A DNA stretch of 64,000 nucleotides from an uncultured beta proteobacterium (GCA_963733265.1 CAVTCF010000006.1:57269-121268), one strand, 5' to 3'. Positions 43,018-53,346 are shown, numbered from the stretch's first letter. The notes: generated by a model not told the origin, from the letters alone. Translations and numbers: made by a program.

Positions 43018-46000
43018 GTCGAGCTAAGTGTGCTGTCGTTGAGGGAGAATGTCTGGTCGTTGGTGATGCCGTATGTTTCACCGTTGATGTTGCCCGTGAC
43101 AGCATCGTGGGTCTTTTGAATGGCGACACCGAAGCGGTAATATGAACCTACCGACAGTTGGGAAGGAATCACGTATTCACCCCATACCGAAGCCAGATTT
43201 TGCTGATCAAGGATTTTTCGGATGCACCCGATCTGGGTTGTCAACTGGGCATTATTGGTTGCCGGTAGTGCTCTGAACACAAGGCTCGTGCTCGGTGTGA
43301 AGAAGTTGAAGTAGCTGGCGTTCGCTGCGACGGCGCTGTTCAAACAGCCTTGCAGGTCGCCAAGCAAAACAGTGGCAGTCAGATTGGTGTAGGTAGTGCC
43401 GTTGCAGGTCAAACTGGTATTGTTGTGGATTGTGTAGGTATAGCCAAACCCAATTGATCCCAAAACGATTCTGCCGCCCAGCACCTGTACACCAGTGAGG
43501 CTGTAGGAAAAATAACCGCCGTTAACGTACACATAGATGACCACCGTGTATGTGCCATCGGCTGCAGTGGTTCGCAACAGATCGAAAGACCAAGTAGAAG
43601 TAGTTCCTGAAAAAGACGGGCTACCAACCTGGAATCCTGCAGGCGAGACAATTTGAATGCTACTGGGTATGTAGGGCGACGTATTACCGTTGTAAATATA
43701 ACCGCCGTCTTTATTGCTCAGGATCGAATTGACCGTGATGCTATAACTTCCATCCGCCAGAGCACTCGTTTCATTAACGTAGAAATTGTAGGTAGACGAA
43801 TTGGCGGCTCCAACACGCACAAAGCTCGGCGCTGACAATGCAAAACCCGGCGAACTGGTTAGAGAGGCAGAAATAATATCTGCGGTCGGGAAATTGGCGC
43901 TTGTGGCACCCAAGGCGATATTGCTCAAAGGCGTCGCCGCTACGGTTTGGTTAGTCAGCAATGCGTTGTAATTTGAATTGTAGCCGCTCAGCAAACTGTC
44001 GTAACCATTGGTTGACGAGTATGCCCAAATAGAAGTAAGCGGATCGGTGGCAAGTAACCCCGTCACATCTGGGCGCATTGCGTAAAAACTGCTTGCGCCG
44101 GTACCGGTGTATCCATAAGACAGATAACTTTGACCAAAGATGCTCCACATATTGCGCGTAAAGCTGCTGGGTACGGTGGTGCCGTAACCGAAGCTCGGAT
44201 ACATTGTGACCACTGTATCGGTACTGGAATTCTTGACTGGGTTGACAAGCGTTGCGCCATTGCTAAGCGCAAGCTGTATACCTCGCACCGTTGAAATAGC
44301 GTCATAGCCTGTCAGTTGCTGCCAGGTTTCGTGTTCCAGTGAAGAAGCCATATGGCCTATCAATTCGAACTGCGTATTGGAGTAAGTTGACGGTTGATTG
44401 ATGCGCCAACTACCGGCGATACGAACGCCCTTCATATCGATCAGAAGACCACCGGGTAATACCGCGAAGGCGGTACCATCGATATATTCGACATCGTAGG
44501 TTGAACTGACGACACCCAAAAACCCGGTAATCGGCGTCTTGACTTTATTGATGGCATCCAGCTGAGACATGCCGTCGCGCATCGATGCGTAGTACTGGTA
44601 ACCCGCCACATACAGAAGTCCGCCCGTCATTGCATCTAGTGCCGCGCTATCGTCGAGTAGTCTGGGGTCTGTCGCAGCCCAGACTCCCGTACCATTGATG
44701 TCAACATAGGGTGTGCAATTGAGTCCCGATACAGGATCGCAGGCTTGACCATTTGCGCCGGGATCAGCCGGGTTGAAAACGATTTTGTATTGCTGGTTGG
44801 CTGCCAGCAATTGTTGCGAGGCGCGATGTACCTGACTCCAGTTGGAGGTTTCTCCGCCAGTGGCGATCAGGTAGTAGCCACCAACGATTGCGTTGTAGTT
44901 GGCTGTAATAGTTTGGTCGGTGGTGGTTGCATCCGGAGCCGGTGCGCCATCCATCGTGACTACCAGTGAAAAGGGTGAACCCAATACGATGGTCTGACCG
45001 TTAATAATCAGACTACCCCCTGTCAGGATTATTGCACCCCCAACCTGAGTTCCGCCGAGACGGAAGAGTTCAGACATATTGCTTCCCGTTTGGTTGAAGG
45101 TGAAAGTGAATCGCTGCGTTGCTGCGTCAACCAGACTGACCGTCGCGGTGCCAAGATTTATGCTGGCACCGAATTGAGCCGCGGCTGTTACATATTTCAT
45201 CCACTTTTTGGGTTCAATGGACGGGAAAGCAACATCATGGTCTGCCGCTGAGTTGTAACGGCGCAAGCTGCTCACAGTTGCAAAGGGCAGAGAATCAGGC
45301 AACAAGCCGTCGGATTCAGAAACTATGCCGGTGAAGTCGGGGATGTCTTCCAGCGTTTTACCCGGAGCGCTCGTCTGCAACCATGCCAGAACCTGTTCCT
45401 GATAGATTTCGAGCGGATTCTTGTCGCGCCTAGTGAGGTCGTTATTCGCCAGTGCGCTGTAATACGCAGTGTAATTGAAAGTCTGCGTCGAATATGGATC
45501 AAGTCCAGACACCCTTTGTCCGCGCTGCTTGAAAGAGGGATCAAGTGGCACCCAGTCACACAACGCGGGAGTTGTATTGCAATTGATCGTAGTTGGGCCT
45601 GCTCCGCGATAATTGCCATAAGGGATCAGCGCTTCAACCCACACATGCTCGAAGTCAATGGTCGATTTGTCAGTGGCAAGCACTGCATTCTGAATGCCTT
45701 GATCACGGAGGAGTCCATAAGCGAGATCAGGGTTTTCCACAGCGAGCCAGTTCATCACGTTGGCTGCAGACAGATGCACTGTGCCGACAACATAGCGGGC
45801 GGGTGTTCCCTGTGAGCGCAACATGGCGATCAGGGTTGCCGCAAGGTCGACATCGTTCCCTCTTCCACCAAGGTAGGTATTGATGGCACCGGAACGCGCA
45901 CCGTGATAAAGCGAATAATCGTAGTTGTTACGGACGTATTCAAAAATCGCCACCGGATTCGCCAAAGCATCGGCCTGAACTCTCAGGTCGGAAGCTGCGC

Positions 46001-46154
46001 AGCCGGTATAAGGTGTTGTGCCACCGCTGCAAAACATTATTTCATGCGAACTTAAACTCGTATCGCCTATAACAGTGTCAGTTGACCAAGCTGGTAAGGT
46101 ATAGCCCAGTAGAAAAACCAGACAGAGCGTGCGAATAACGGGGAATGATTTCAC
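43008..46154 (-). CDS. large secreted transglutaminase-like (cysteine-protease fold) protein, catalytic Cys apparently replaced
   Basis: A signal peptide, then ..GGRGNDVDLAATLIAMLRSQGTPARYVVG...FEHVWVEALIP...WVPLDPSF, which is the TGase core pattern with D where the Cys is expected. Confidence 0.7.
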   Translation of the reverse strand: MKSFPVIRTLCLVFLLGYTLPAWSTDTVIGDTSLSSHEIMFCSGGTTPYTGCAASDLRVQADALANPVAIFEYVRNNYDYSLYHGARSGAINTYLGGRGNDVDLAATLIAMLRSQGTPARYVVGTVHLSAANVMNWLAVENPDLAYGLLRDQGIQNAVLATDKSTIDFEHVWVEALIPYGNYRGAGPTTINCNTTPALCDWVPLDPSFKQRGQRVSGLDPYSTQTFNYTAYYSALANNDLTRRDKNPLEIYQEQVLAWLQTSAPGKTLEDIPDFTGIVSESDGLLPDSLPFATVSSLRRYNSAADHDVAFPSIEPKKWMKYVTAAAQFGASINLGTATVSLVDAATQRFTFTFNQTGSNMSELFRLGGTQVGGAIILTGGSLIINGQTIVLGSPFSLVVTMDGAPAPDATTTDQTITANYNAIVGGYYLIATGGETSNWSQVHRASQQLLAANQQYKIVFNPADPGANGQACDPVSGLNCTPYVDINGTGVWAATDPRLLDDSAALDAMTGGLLYVAGYQYYASMRDGMSQLDAINKVKTPITGFLGVVSSTYDVEYIDGTAFAVLPGGLLIDMKGVRIAGSWRINQPSTYSNTQFELIGHMASSLEHETWQQLTGYDAISTVRGIQLALSNGATLVNPVKNSSTDTVVTMYPSFGYGTTVPSSFTRNMWSIFGQSYLSYGYTGTGASSFYAMRPDVTGLLATDPLTSIWAYSSTNGYDSLLSGYNSNYNALLTNQTVAATPLSNIALGATSANFPTADIISASLTSSPGFALSAPSFVRVGAANSSTYNFYVNETSALADGSYSITVNSILSNKDGGYIYNGNTSPYIPSSIQIVSPAGFQVGSPSFSGTTSTWSFDLLRTTAADGTYTVVIYVYVNGGYFSYSLTGVQVLGGRIVLGSIGFGYTYTIHNNTSLTCNGTTYTNLTATVLLGDLQGCLNSAVAANASYFNFFTPSTSLVFRALPATNNAQLTTQIGCIRKILDQQNLASVWGEYVIPSQLSVGSYYRFGVAIQKTHDAVTGNINGETYGITNDQTFSLNDSTLSSTCP

Positions 46155-46175
46155 TTTGAATTCCTCGGTGAGTTA

Positions 46176-47027
46176 TTAACGATGATGAGTAATTGTGGAA
46201 ATTGAAGGCGTGGGCTCTGGTACCTGCTGCCCAGCCTCGCGCAATGCTGTATTGCGTTCGGCCATGACTTCCGTCAACGTTTTTGGACGCAGCCGATCCC
46301 GCAGAGCGTTCAGGCGGGTTGCATCCGCTGAGGTCACGCTGCTGATGTTAATAGCGGAATTCACTTCGTCCTGTAAGGCATTGGATTTTGCAAGAAGCTG
46401 TGCGGTATGCTCGTTGTGAGCATTACCCCGTGTCGGCGTTGTACTCAATGTTGAGTTAGTCCGACGAATCGTATCCAATGTTGCGCGCACGGCATCGAAT
46501 TCTCTGATGCCCGAGGTTTGAGTTCCTGTCTGTGCCGATTCCGATGGCATTGTTGACGCTACGGTCGCAGGTGTTACGACCGAACTAGGTTGCGGCAATA
46601 GTTTGGGGTCAACTCCTTTTCCACCAGTCAAGTGCAGACTGGATTGTTCAATCAGTGACGCAGGCTTGTTTGATCCGGATACATTGAAAGAACGCTTGCC
46701 CACATTTACGCTCGGTGGCGTATTGAAAAGCGTCTTGATGGCATTATCCAACGATGCGCCGAGTGCTTTTACATTCTGATGAACAGTTTGCTGTGTGGGG
46801 TCGGGAATAAAACCCTGACGTGTGCTGAGCACGGCTCGTCCGAGAACACGGATGGATTGAATATCTTCCGAAGAAAGTTTTCCGGCAAGTTGGGGAACTT
46901 TGGGAGTATTCGCCGGTATGTTCGTCTGCGCCATCGCGCCGACAGATATTACACAGGACGATATCAGGACGACCACCTTCAATGCTTTAGTTTTAATCAA
47001 CCCGACAAACAGAATTTTAGAATTCAT
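46176..47027 (-). CDS. secreted low-complexity protein (283 aa)
   Basis: Signal peptide ..VISVGAMAQT, Ser/Thr/Pro-rich. The start overlaps the upstream gene stop by 4 nt. Confidence 0.55.
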   Translation of the reverse strand: MNSKILFVGLIKTKALKVVVLISSCVISVGAMAQTNIPANTPKVPQLAGKLSSEDIQSIRVLGRAVLSTRQGFIPDPTQQTVHQNVKALGASLDNAIKTLFNTPPSVNVGKRSFNVSGSNKPASLIEQSSLHLTGGKGVDPKLLPQPSSVVTPATVASTMPSESAQTGTQTSGIREFDAVRATLDTIRRTNSTLSTTPTRGNAHNEHTAQLLAKSNALQDEVNSAINISSVTSADATRLNALRDRLRPKTLTEVMAERNTALREAGQQVPEPTPSISTITHHR

Positions 47028-48283
47028 GACCGGTATCCTTTATTCTGGTTTGATTTTCTAAACACCATGATTAGCAATAAGCCAGCCAGCATTATTTCGC
47101 CCCACTCAGGTAAGGTCGGCACATCGTTATCCGTGGTAGCCACAACGTAGCCAGGATTACCTGTTTCCACAATAGTCGTGGCCGTCAAACCAGCGACCGG
47201 TGCGAAGGAAGTAATTTTGTTGTTGCTCACATTCAGGTACGTGAGATTCGTCGCGTTTTGCAGGCCGGTGAGATTGGTGATATTGAGGCCCGATGCATTG
47301 AGTATGGTGAGTTGCTGAATTTGACCTAAGGTGATCGCATCCAGTGCTCCATGTCCAAGTGCTGTGTTGATTGCAGTTCGCAAGGCATTGTCGGGAACGC
47401 TGATAAGTACCTTTTGCGAGGCCAAATCTTTTCCGGCACCGGCGGCCACAGCACGCAAGGAAAGACCGGTCGCCAGAATATCCTCGCCCCAGCTACCGTC
47501 AACTGCCTGCTGACTTTGCAAAGCGGCGAGCAAGGTTGCGGCGTAGGTGGAACTTGGATTGCTGCGCAGATTGGCAACGATGGTCAACGCAATCTGTGAC
47601 ACAGGGGAAGTCGTGTTCACCTTAGCATTCAATGCACTGAGTCCATTGATAATGGCGGCGGGCACTGCACTACTAACTGCCTTCAGCGGGATCAACGCAA
47701 TCAAAACTTGTGCTGTCGTAATGGGATCGCTGGTCGTTTCCTGTCCCAGTGCCCATCCGGTATCTGTGCCGGTCAATTGAGAGGAAGTCAGATAAGCGAC
47801 TGCTTGAGAAACATTCGTGGTCACGCCCTGTTGGGTCAGTGCCTGAAGTGTGAGCGCCGTATCCAGCGGCGACCCCTGATATGTTCCAGATAATCCAAAG
47901 CCATTGTTGCCCGGCCCTGGAGTTGAAAGGCTCTGAGCAGTCTGCAAAACTTGAAGATCCGCACTGACAGACTGACTCGCGGCGCCTAACGCCATTACAC
48001 GGCGGGCGGTAAAATCTACGTTCGCGGGTTCATGGTTGGCAAGCCAGGCTAAACCACCGAAATATGCCGCACCTTGTTGATTGAGCGCTCGCAACGCCAT
48101 CACTGCTTCGGATGTTTGGACGTATTTGACTGCATCAGTGGCACCCCAACTGCCGTCGTCAACGTTGCGCTGCAGGGTGAGCCAAGAAGCTCCGCTACTG
48201 CTCGAAGTCGCAAGAGTGGCAAAGGCAGCGGGCACACAGAGTACCCAAGATAAAATCGCCCCCAACAGAAGAAGATGCCGCAT
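47024..48283 (-). CDS. IPTL-CTERM-anchored surface protein: alpha/alpha-toroid (prenyltransferase-like) repeats plus leucine-rich repeats
   Basis: Signal peptide. DDGSWG and VDGSWGE repeat motifs. LRRs ..LTILNASGLNITNLTGLQNATNLTYLNVSNNKIT.. The C-terminus DNDVPTLPEWGEIMLAGLLLIMVFRKSNQ matches the IPTLxxWG-CTERM sorting signal (TM segment plus basic tail). Confidence 0.75.
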   Translation of the reverse strand: MRHLLLLGAILSWVLCVPAAFATLATSSSSGASWLTLQRNVDDGSWGATDAVKYVQTSEAVMALRALNQQGAAYFGGLAWLANHEPANVDFTARRVMALGAASQSVSADLQVLQTAQSLSTPGPGNNGFGLSGTYQGSPLDTALTLQALTQQGVTTNVSQAVAYLTSSQLTGTDTGWALGQETTSDPITTAQVLIALIPLKAVSSAVPAAIINGLSALNAKVNTTSPVSQIALTIVANLRSNPSSTYAATLLAALQSQQAVDGSWGEDILATGLSLRAVAAGAGKDLASQKVLISVPDNALRTAINTALGHGALDAITLGQIQQLTILNASGLNITNLTGLQNATNLTYLNVSNNKITSFAPVAGLTATTIVETGNPGYVVATTDNDVPTLPEWGEIMLAGLLLIMVFRKSNQNKGYRS

Positions 48284-48549
48284 TTCATTTCCCCTAAAAT
48301 ATGTTCCCGAACTTTGTTCAACGTTCTACAGAAAACATTAATACTGGTACGCTGGCCGATGTTGATGACGCGTCAAATAGACACGATAAAGCTTGAATTG
48401 AATTTTTCGCCTTGAGGATTGCGTACCCCCTCCATGTGGGGAACACTCAGGAACTGTTTATAAACAGTCAAAGAGATTGTAGCGAACAGTCATGACAGTT
48501 ATAGCTACTCGAAATCTATTTTTATAGTCCGAACGGACTATTTGAGTTA

Positions 48550-49176
48550 TTAATTTTCCTGCGGTGATTCCTGAGGATTTTTTAGTTGGTAACTTGTCCA
48601 TCTGTCCGCGACTGAAACAACCAGCAAGGCAGATGCTATCGCCAGGACCAATGGGCCGCCAGTTTGCAGAAAATCATTCCAATAGACCAATGTATGTGGT
48701 TCCAGATTAGGGACGTACTCCCGAAAATCCCACATTGCGCCAACAAATGCGAGTGGTGAGTTCGTGGCTACGAGAAACGCTGCCACAGGAACACCAAGGA
48801 GCAAGCGTAGCAAAATGACAAGGTTGGTTTTGGCCTGCCACGACAGCAGAATGGTGAGTAACACAGTGATAGGCTGTAATACGCTGCCCACTAATACATT
48901 TGGCTCAAAGAAGCGACCCGGTTTAGGCTGCAATACGTGAGCGCCGATGATCATGGGACGAATCTGTGCGGCCTTCAACTGAATAACGGTGTTGTTTTTT
49001 TTGTTGACAACATTGATGCCGTCAACTCTGAAACTGTCATCAATCGTTTCGATTTCCCATGCAATAGTCGGCAGGATGGGCGTAACAAGTGAAGCGCCAA
49101 AGATTTCTCCCAGAGAAAGCAGAATGGCCGCAACGACAATGAGCCTGAACGCAAAATTACGTACTTGCGGTTTCAT
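48550..49176 (-). CDS. polytopic membrane protein co-transcribed with the exosortase
   Basis: Several hydrophobic spans. The likely start MKPQVRNF (49176) overlaps the end of the exosortase gene. Confidence 0.55.
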   Translation of the reverse strand: MKPQVRNFAFRLIVVAAILLSLGEIFGASLVTPILPTIAWEIETIDDSFRVDGINVVNKKNNTVIQLKAAQIRPMIIGAHVLQPKPGRFFEPNVLVGSVLQPITVLLTILLSWQAKTNLVILLRLLLGVPVAAFLVATNSPLAFVGAMWDFREYVPNLEPHTLVYWNDFLQTGGPLVLAIASALLVVSVADRWTSYQLKNPQESPQEN

Positions 49177-49732
49177 GTTGTTTTGCGTCACGTTCCGTAT
49201 TCTGGAACCAGTAGAGCGCATACAAACCGACAATCGCAACTAACGCGATGGGGCCTAACGTGCCGTGAATCAATTTGAATAACGATGGATCGGAACGATA
49301 GGTGTAGAACAGAACCACCAGCCTTACCTGATTTAAACAGAACACCATCAGAATCCCGATTCCCAGTCCGGCGAACCTGCGACGCCAAGGCATGACAACC
49401 GCTGAGAATGCTGCCACGAGCATAAACATGATCTCGGTTCCTTCGCATCCCTTCATCACATTTATTCCACCGCCCGGTGCGCGCAGTTGGTTTCCCATTG
49501 CTTTGACACCAACTTCCGGCGTAATCGCCTGGATCAGCGCTGCGGTCGGAACGACCGTCAAGTCACCGATAACGAAATGTTCAAACGATGTACCGCGACA
49601 AGCGTCAAAGCTCATTTGCAAAACAAAGAAGACTGACAAAAAGAGCAATGCTGATCCCCAAATAGGCAGCGGTTTTGGTGGCCTGTCGATACGAGCGATG
49701 AATTGATCGTAAGATTCGTTTTCGAAGCTCAT
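49157..49732 (-). CDS. xrtH: small exosortase (exosortase H-like, IPTLxxWG-CTERM-specific)
   Basis: A polytopic 191-aa protein with the exosortase catalytic pattern: ..MKGCEGTEIM.. (Cys), ..LNQVRLVV.. (Arg), ..LIHGTLGP.. (His). It lies 0.9 kb upstream of an IPTL-CTERM protein gene. Confidence 0.65.
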   Translation of the reverse strand: MSFENESYDQFIARIDRPPKPLPIWGSALLFLSVFFVLQMSFDACRGTSFEHFVIGDLTVVPTAALIQAITPEVGVKAMGNQLRAPGGGINVMKGCEGTEIMFMLVAAFSAVVMPWRRRFAGLGIGILMVFCLNQVRLVVLFYTYRSDPSLFKLIHGTLGPIALVAIVGLYALYWFQNTERDAKQHETAST

Positions 49733-49995
49733 GTATAAATCCTCAGACAGTTCATGGTGCAGCCAGATGAAAAAATGCTCGAGGGAGAGTGCTGGGTAAT
49801 AATTTCGATTATCAGCGGTTGATATTACAGTTTCATTGCATTCTTAAACGCGCGCAAAGCATATTTCAATGCCTCAGTCTAATTCGGCGACCATCTCCAA
49901 AACAAAATCATGGCGGGCAAAGAAAGTTCAGCCACATGCGCTAAGAGGAATTTGCCCGCAAGTTGAATGACTGCTTCACGCCCTGAGTCACTCGG

Positions 49996-51270
49996 TCAAG
50001 TCATAATTGCAGATTCTGAGACATTGGCCAGCAGAGTCGATCCTCTATGTTTGAGTGAATTCAAATAAACGGATTCGTCATACGGAGTCCGGGTTTGCCA
50101 GCAACGATAAAGTATTCGTATCCATTTAAATGCCAGGGCCCGTACTGCTACTCTGTGAGTGCAACCCTTTTTGCGTTGCTGCTGATAATAGATCCCAGCC
50201 CAATATGATCTCTGTATGCTCGCCCCCGCCCACTCAACAAAGGTCTGACGCAGGAAGGTTGGACAGGCGAATCGCCAATGCACCCAGCATTTTTTGCCGC
50301 TACGCTCAACCACCGGAGCAACCCCGGAATAGCGCTGAATTTCTACGGCACTAGCATAGCGTTCTCGATCCTCGCCAAAAGCGACCAGCAGTCTTGGTGC
50401 CAGAATATTTCCTGCGCCTGGCAAGGCAGCGAACAGATCATAATCAGGCAAGCTTTTGGTGACGGTATCTATCTCGGCATCAAAGCGATCAATTGCCTTT
50501 AGGAGGACACGCAACTGCTCGACCAATGCTTGAACGAGTAATTGCTTCGGATGGATGATGGCTTGATCCTCGGTCAGTGATGTTGCCGCACGGATACCCT
50601 GGATACGTTCCTCAACAAGGTATGCCCTGTTTGCATTATGCAGGCGGAAGAAAGATTTCAGTGTTGCATTCCTTGCTCGCTTGACGTGTTTAAGCGTCGG
50701 CCAACGATCCAAGAAGTCACAGAAAATCAGCGTGTCTCTATGTTCGAACCAGTCCAGCACTTGAGGGTAGTATTCCTTGAGCGTACTGGTCATGAGGTTT
50801 GTAATACTGGTCACCCTGTTGACCAAGTAACGGCGCTCTTCGACTAATGAGCCCAATGTCCTCATGGCAACACTTTGTAGTTTGATGGGATGAAGCTTAT
50901 CTGGGTGTCGGAGCAATATATCCAATGCTATTTCAGCATCGGTCGGGTCGTCCTTGGCACCGCTGGGAACAAAGGCTTCACGGTATTTGGCAAGTGTTGA
51001 GGGATGTACAGGAAAGAGCACGATGAAATCATAACGCTGCAACGCAGAAACGATGGGGCCTTTGGCAAGTTCAAGACAAACTGCAATCGGGCCACCGCCA
51101 AATCGATCACGCAATGAGTAAGCCCATTTTGCGATCACTTCCGGTGTGTGATCCATAGTTCCAAACTCTCGCTGATCTGAACCGGCTGCTTGCAAACAAA
51201 AGTCGTGCTTCCTGTCGGCCCAGTCGAGGCCAACAAAGGCGGTGAAAGAAGGGATAGATTGGGAGTTCAT
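49996..51270 (-). CDS. IS110-family transposase (IS1111-like subgroup)
   Basis: MNSQSIPSFTAFVGLDWADRKHDF... (DEDD N-domain) and ..LPGAGNILAPRLLVAFG.. (Transposase_20 region). GGAGG lies before the ATG at 51270; the ORF-track start at 51420 is unlikely. Confidence 0.85.
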   Translation of the reverse strand: MNSQSIPSFTAFVGLDWADRKHDFCLQAAGSDQREFGTMDHTPEVIAKWAYSLRDRFGGGPIAVCLELAKGPIVSALQRYDFIVLFPVHPSTLAKYREAFVPSGAKDDPTDAEIALDILLRHPDKLHPIKLQSVAMRTLGSLVEERRYLVNRVTSITNLMTSTLKEYYPQVLDWFEHRDTLIFCDFLDRWPTLKHVKRARNATLKSFFRLHNANRAYLVEERIQGIRAATSLTEDQAIIHPKQLLVQALVEQLRVLLKAIDRFDAEIDTVTKSLPDYDLFAALPGAGNILAPRLLVAFGEDRERYASAVEIQRYSGVAPVVERSGKKCWVHWRFACPTFLRQTFVEWAGASIQRSYWAGIYYQQQRKKGCTHRVAVRALAFKWIRILYRCWQTRTPYDESVYLNSLKHRGSTLLANVSESAIMT

Positions 51271-51710
51271 AATCGCCTCCATAAGTGGTAAATTACATAA
51301 ATGGACATGCATGCATGAGTTCTGCGAAGCCAATATAGAGAGCCGGTTGGACGGCGAGCCCTGAGTATTCGTTAACGAACCCAAGCGCACCTGCTGATTC
51401 GAAACTAAAGCGGAAAACATCGAATGTTAGCGGCAACTATTCGTAATCTGCAGGTGCATGTCCTGCCTTCACTGGCAGATACCTGTCAGCTGTGAGTAGT
51501 ATCACTGAAAGAGGACGGAGTGACTATATTGCGGCAAGCAATTCGTAGTGCTCAACGGCAGAAATGGGTTAGATGGAGTCATCCGGCCCACCCGATTTAC
51601 ACCCGTTTCTACGGCCGTTGTACCTCAGTTAAGCGACAGTCGATTACCCCATTTTCGTGCCTGACTTTTGCCCTCAAACTCCTGCGTGCTGAATTATCTA
51701 CGCACGGAGT

Positions 51711-52346
51711 TCATATTCGATAGACCAACTCAGCTATCGGTAAACGATCCCCAGTGATCTCTAACTTATCCGAATGTTCTATCAGCCGAACAAGATACCA
51801 TTTTTTTGGTTCCTGCGTTTCCCAGCACACTCTGATTTTGAAATACGCATCGATTTTAAGCGAAGTTATTATTTCATGATCTCTAAAACGGGCATCCTCG
51901 ACCGACAAGCGGCTAATCACTTCCAGAATTGCCTGCGGTTGAATTGACGGAACGAAAATCAATAAATACCTCGTCTTGAAATTGGCATACCACTGAACCC
52001 GATATTCCTGATCACCGTACATAACCGTCAGCGATTTTTTTATGAAGGACTGGCGCGTTTTTTTCGGATGCCATTTTTGTGTGCACATTTGCTTTGATGA
52101 CTTTTTCCATGCTTCAATTTCAGCCTGTTCCTCTGCATACGCCTGCATTAATTTTGCTATTCCTCTGGGGATATTTTGAGGTTCAAAGTACTTCCAGTAT
52201 GAAAGCCGGTAGAGCACATTCATCTGATGAATAAAATTGAATTGCCGTTTCCGTATCATCCTGGCTAAGGCAAGGAATGGTGCTATGTATCCCATCCACC
52301 AACGATTAATAAAAAACCTGATTTTTTGAATGAACTGTTTATTCAT
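51711..52346 (-). CDS. hypothetical protein (211 aa)
   Basis: Long ORF in AT-rich DNA with no recognisable motif. Confidence 0.5.
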   Translation of the reverse strand: MNKQFIQKIRFFINRWWMGYIAPFLALARMIRKRQFNFIHQMNVLYRLSYWKYFEPQNIPRGIAKLMQAYAEEQAEIEAWKKSSKQMCTQKWHPKKTRQSFIKKSLTVMYGDQEYRVQWYANFKTRYLLIFVPSIQPQAILEVISRLSVEDARFRDHEIITSLKIDAYFKIRVCWETQEPKKWYLVRLIEHSDKLEITGDRLPIAELVYRI

Positions 52347-52436
52347 GTGGTTCCTCGTCTATAATATTTGTACAGTTTCGAATCGAAGCTGATTCGAACA
52401 ATAAATTTTGCAACTCACCCATAAAGCAACCTCAAC

Positions 52437-52724
52437 ATGACCCGTGCCGAACTTGTCGAAAAACTGTGCTTCAAATTTCCAGCATTGCAACTAAAAGACA
52501 TTGATGTGGCGGTGCGCACGATTCTTGATGGCATTACAAATACGCTGGCTCAAGGGGGCAGGGTAGAGGTGCGTGGATTCGGCAGTTTTGCGCTGAATTA
52601 CAAACCGGCACGCAAAGGACGCAACCCAAAAACAGGTATTACGGTGATGGTGCCCGCCAAATACAGCCCTCACTTCAAAGCTGGATTGGAACTGCACGAA
52701 CGTGTCGACTACCAAAAATCCTGA
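52437..52724 (+). CDS. ihfB: integration host factor beta-subunit-like protein (accessory copy)
   Basis: MTRAELVEKL...TLAQGGRVEVRGFGSFALNYKPARKGRNPKTGITVMVPAKYSPHFKAGLELHERV is very close to the IhfB pattern ..[32 protein letters not shown]...KYVPHFKPGKELR.. Confidence 0.8.
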   Translation: MTRAELVEKLCFKFPALQLKDIDVAVRTILDGITNTLAQGGRVEVRGFGSFALNYKPARKGRNPKTGITVMVPAKYSPHFKAGLELHERVDYQKS

Positions 52725-52728
52725 TTTG

Positions 52729-53331
52729 TCAGTGCAGATAGACTGAACCTCGCAGTTCTGTCAGCATCAGCAATTCAAAACGAGCGACGGTCGCATCGAA
52801 TATTCGATTAAATTCATCTACCACCGGATGCGCCAACGAGACTTCCAGTGCCTTGAATGATCTTCCATGATCTTGCTTGACGCAGACCCCAATGGCGTCC
52901 ATTGCCGATATTGCATTTTGCGAATTCACCTCCATGAGCACGTATTTTTCTTCGTCCAATAATCCGTATACCAAGTAAATGGAATCACCCTCGCTTGCGA
53001 TGGCATGACGAATGGCTCGACCAATGCTTGGTCGTGCCGATTCCTCTAGCAACAGGTTGCGCATAAAGATCAATTCAATGTCGTCCGCATTCGTCACAGC
53101 GATTTGTTCTATGATCACTTTGAATTCGCCTGCGATCCCATCATAAAAGGTATCCGTCTCATCGATGAGGATCAGTGCATGATGATAGCGTTCACCCTCC
53201 AAGGTCCGAATCCTAAATCCCAAGAATAGGCATTGTTTTAATTCAATCTTGCCGCCTGGTGTTTTGCGCACATCGTTAAAGATCTTCGGCTGAAACAAAT
53301 GGCGAAAATTAAATAGTTGAGTTTGTATCAA
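52729..53331 (-). CDS. hypothetical protein (200 aa)
   Basis: Long ORF, apparently part of the minus-strand orphan operon. Confidence 0.5.
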   Translation of the reverse strand: MIQTQLFNFRHLFQPKIFNDVRKTPGGKIELKQCLFLGFRIRTLEGERYHHALILIDETDTFYDGIAGEFKVIIEQIAVTNADDIELIFMRNLLLEESARPSIGRAIRHAIASEGDSIYLVYGLLDEEKYVLMEVNSQNAISAMDAIGVCVKQDHGRSFKALEVSLAHPVVDEFNRIFDATVARFELLMLTELRGSVYLH

Positions 53332-53346
53332 AATGATTCTCCGTAA

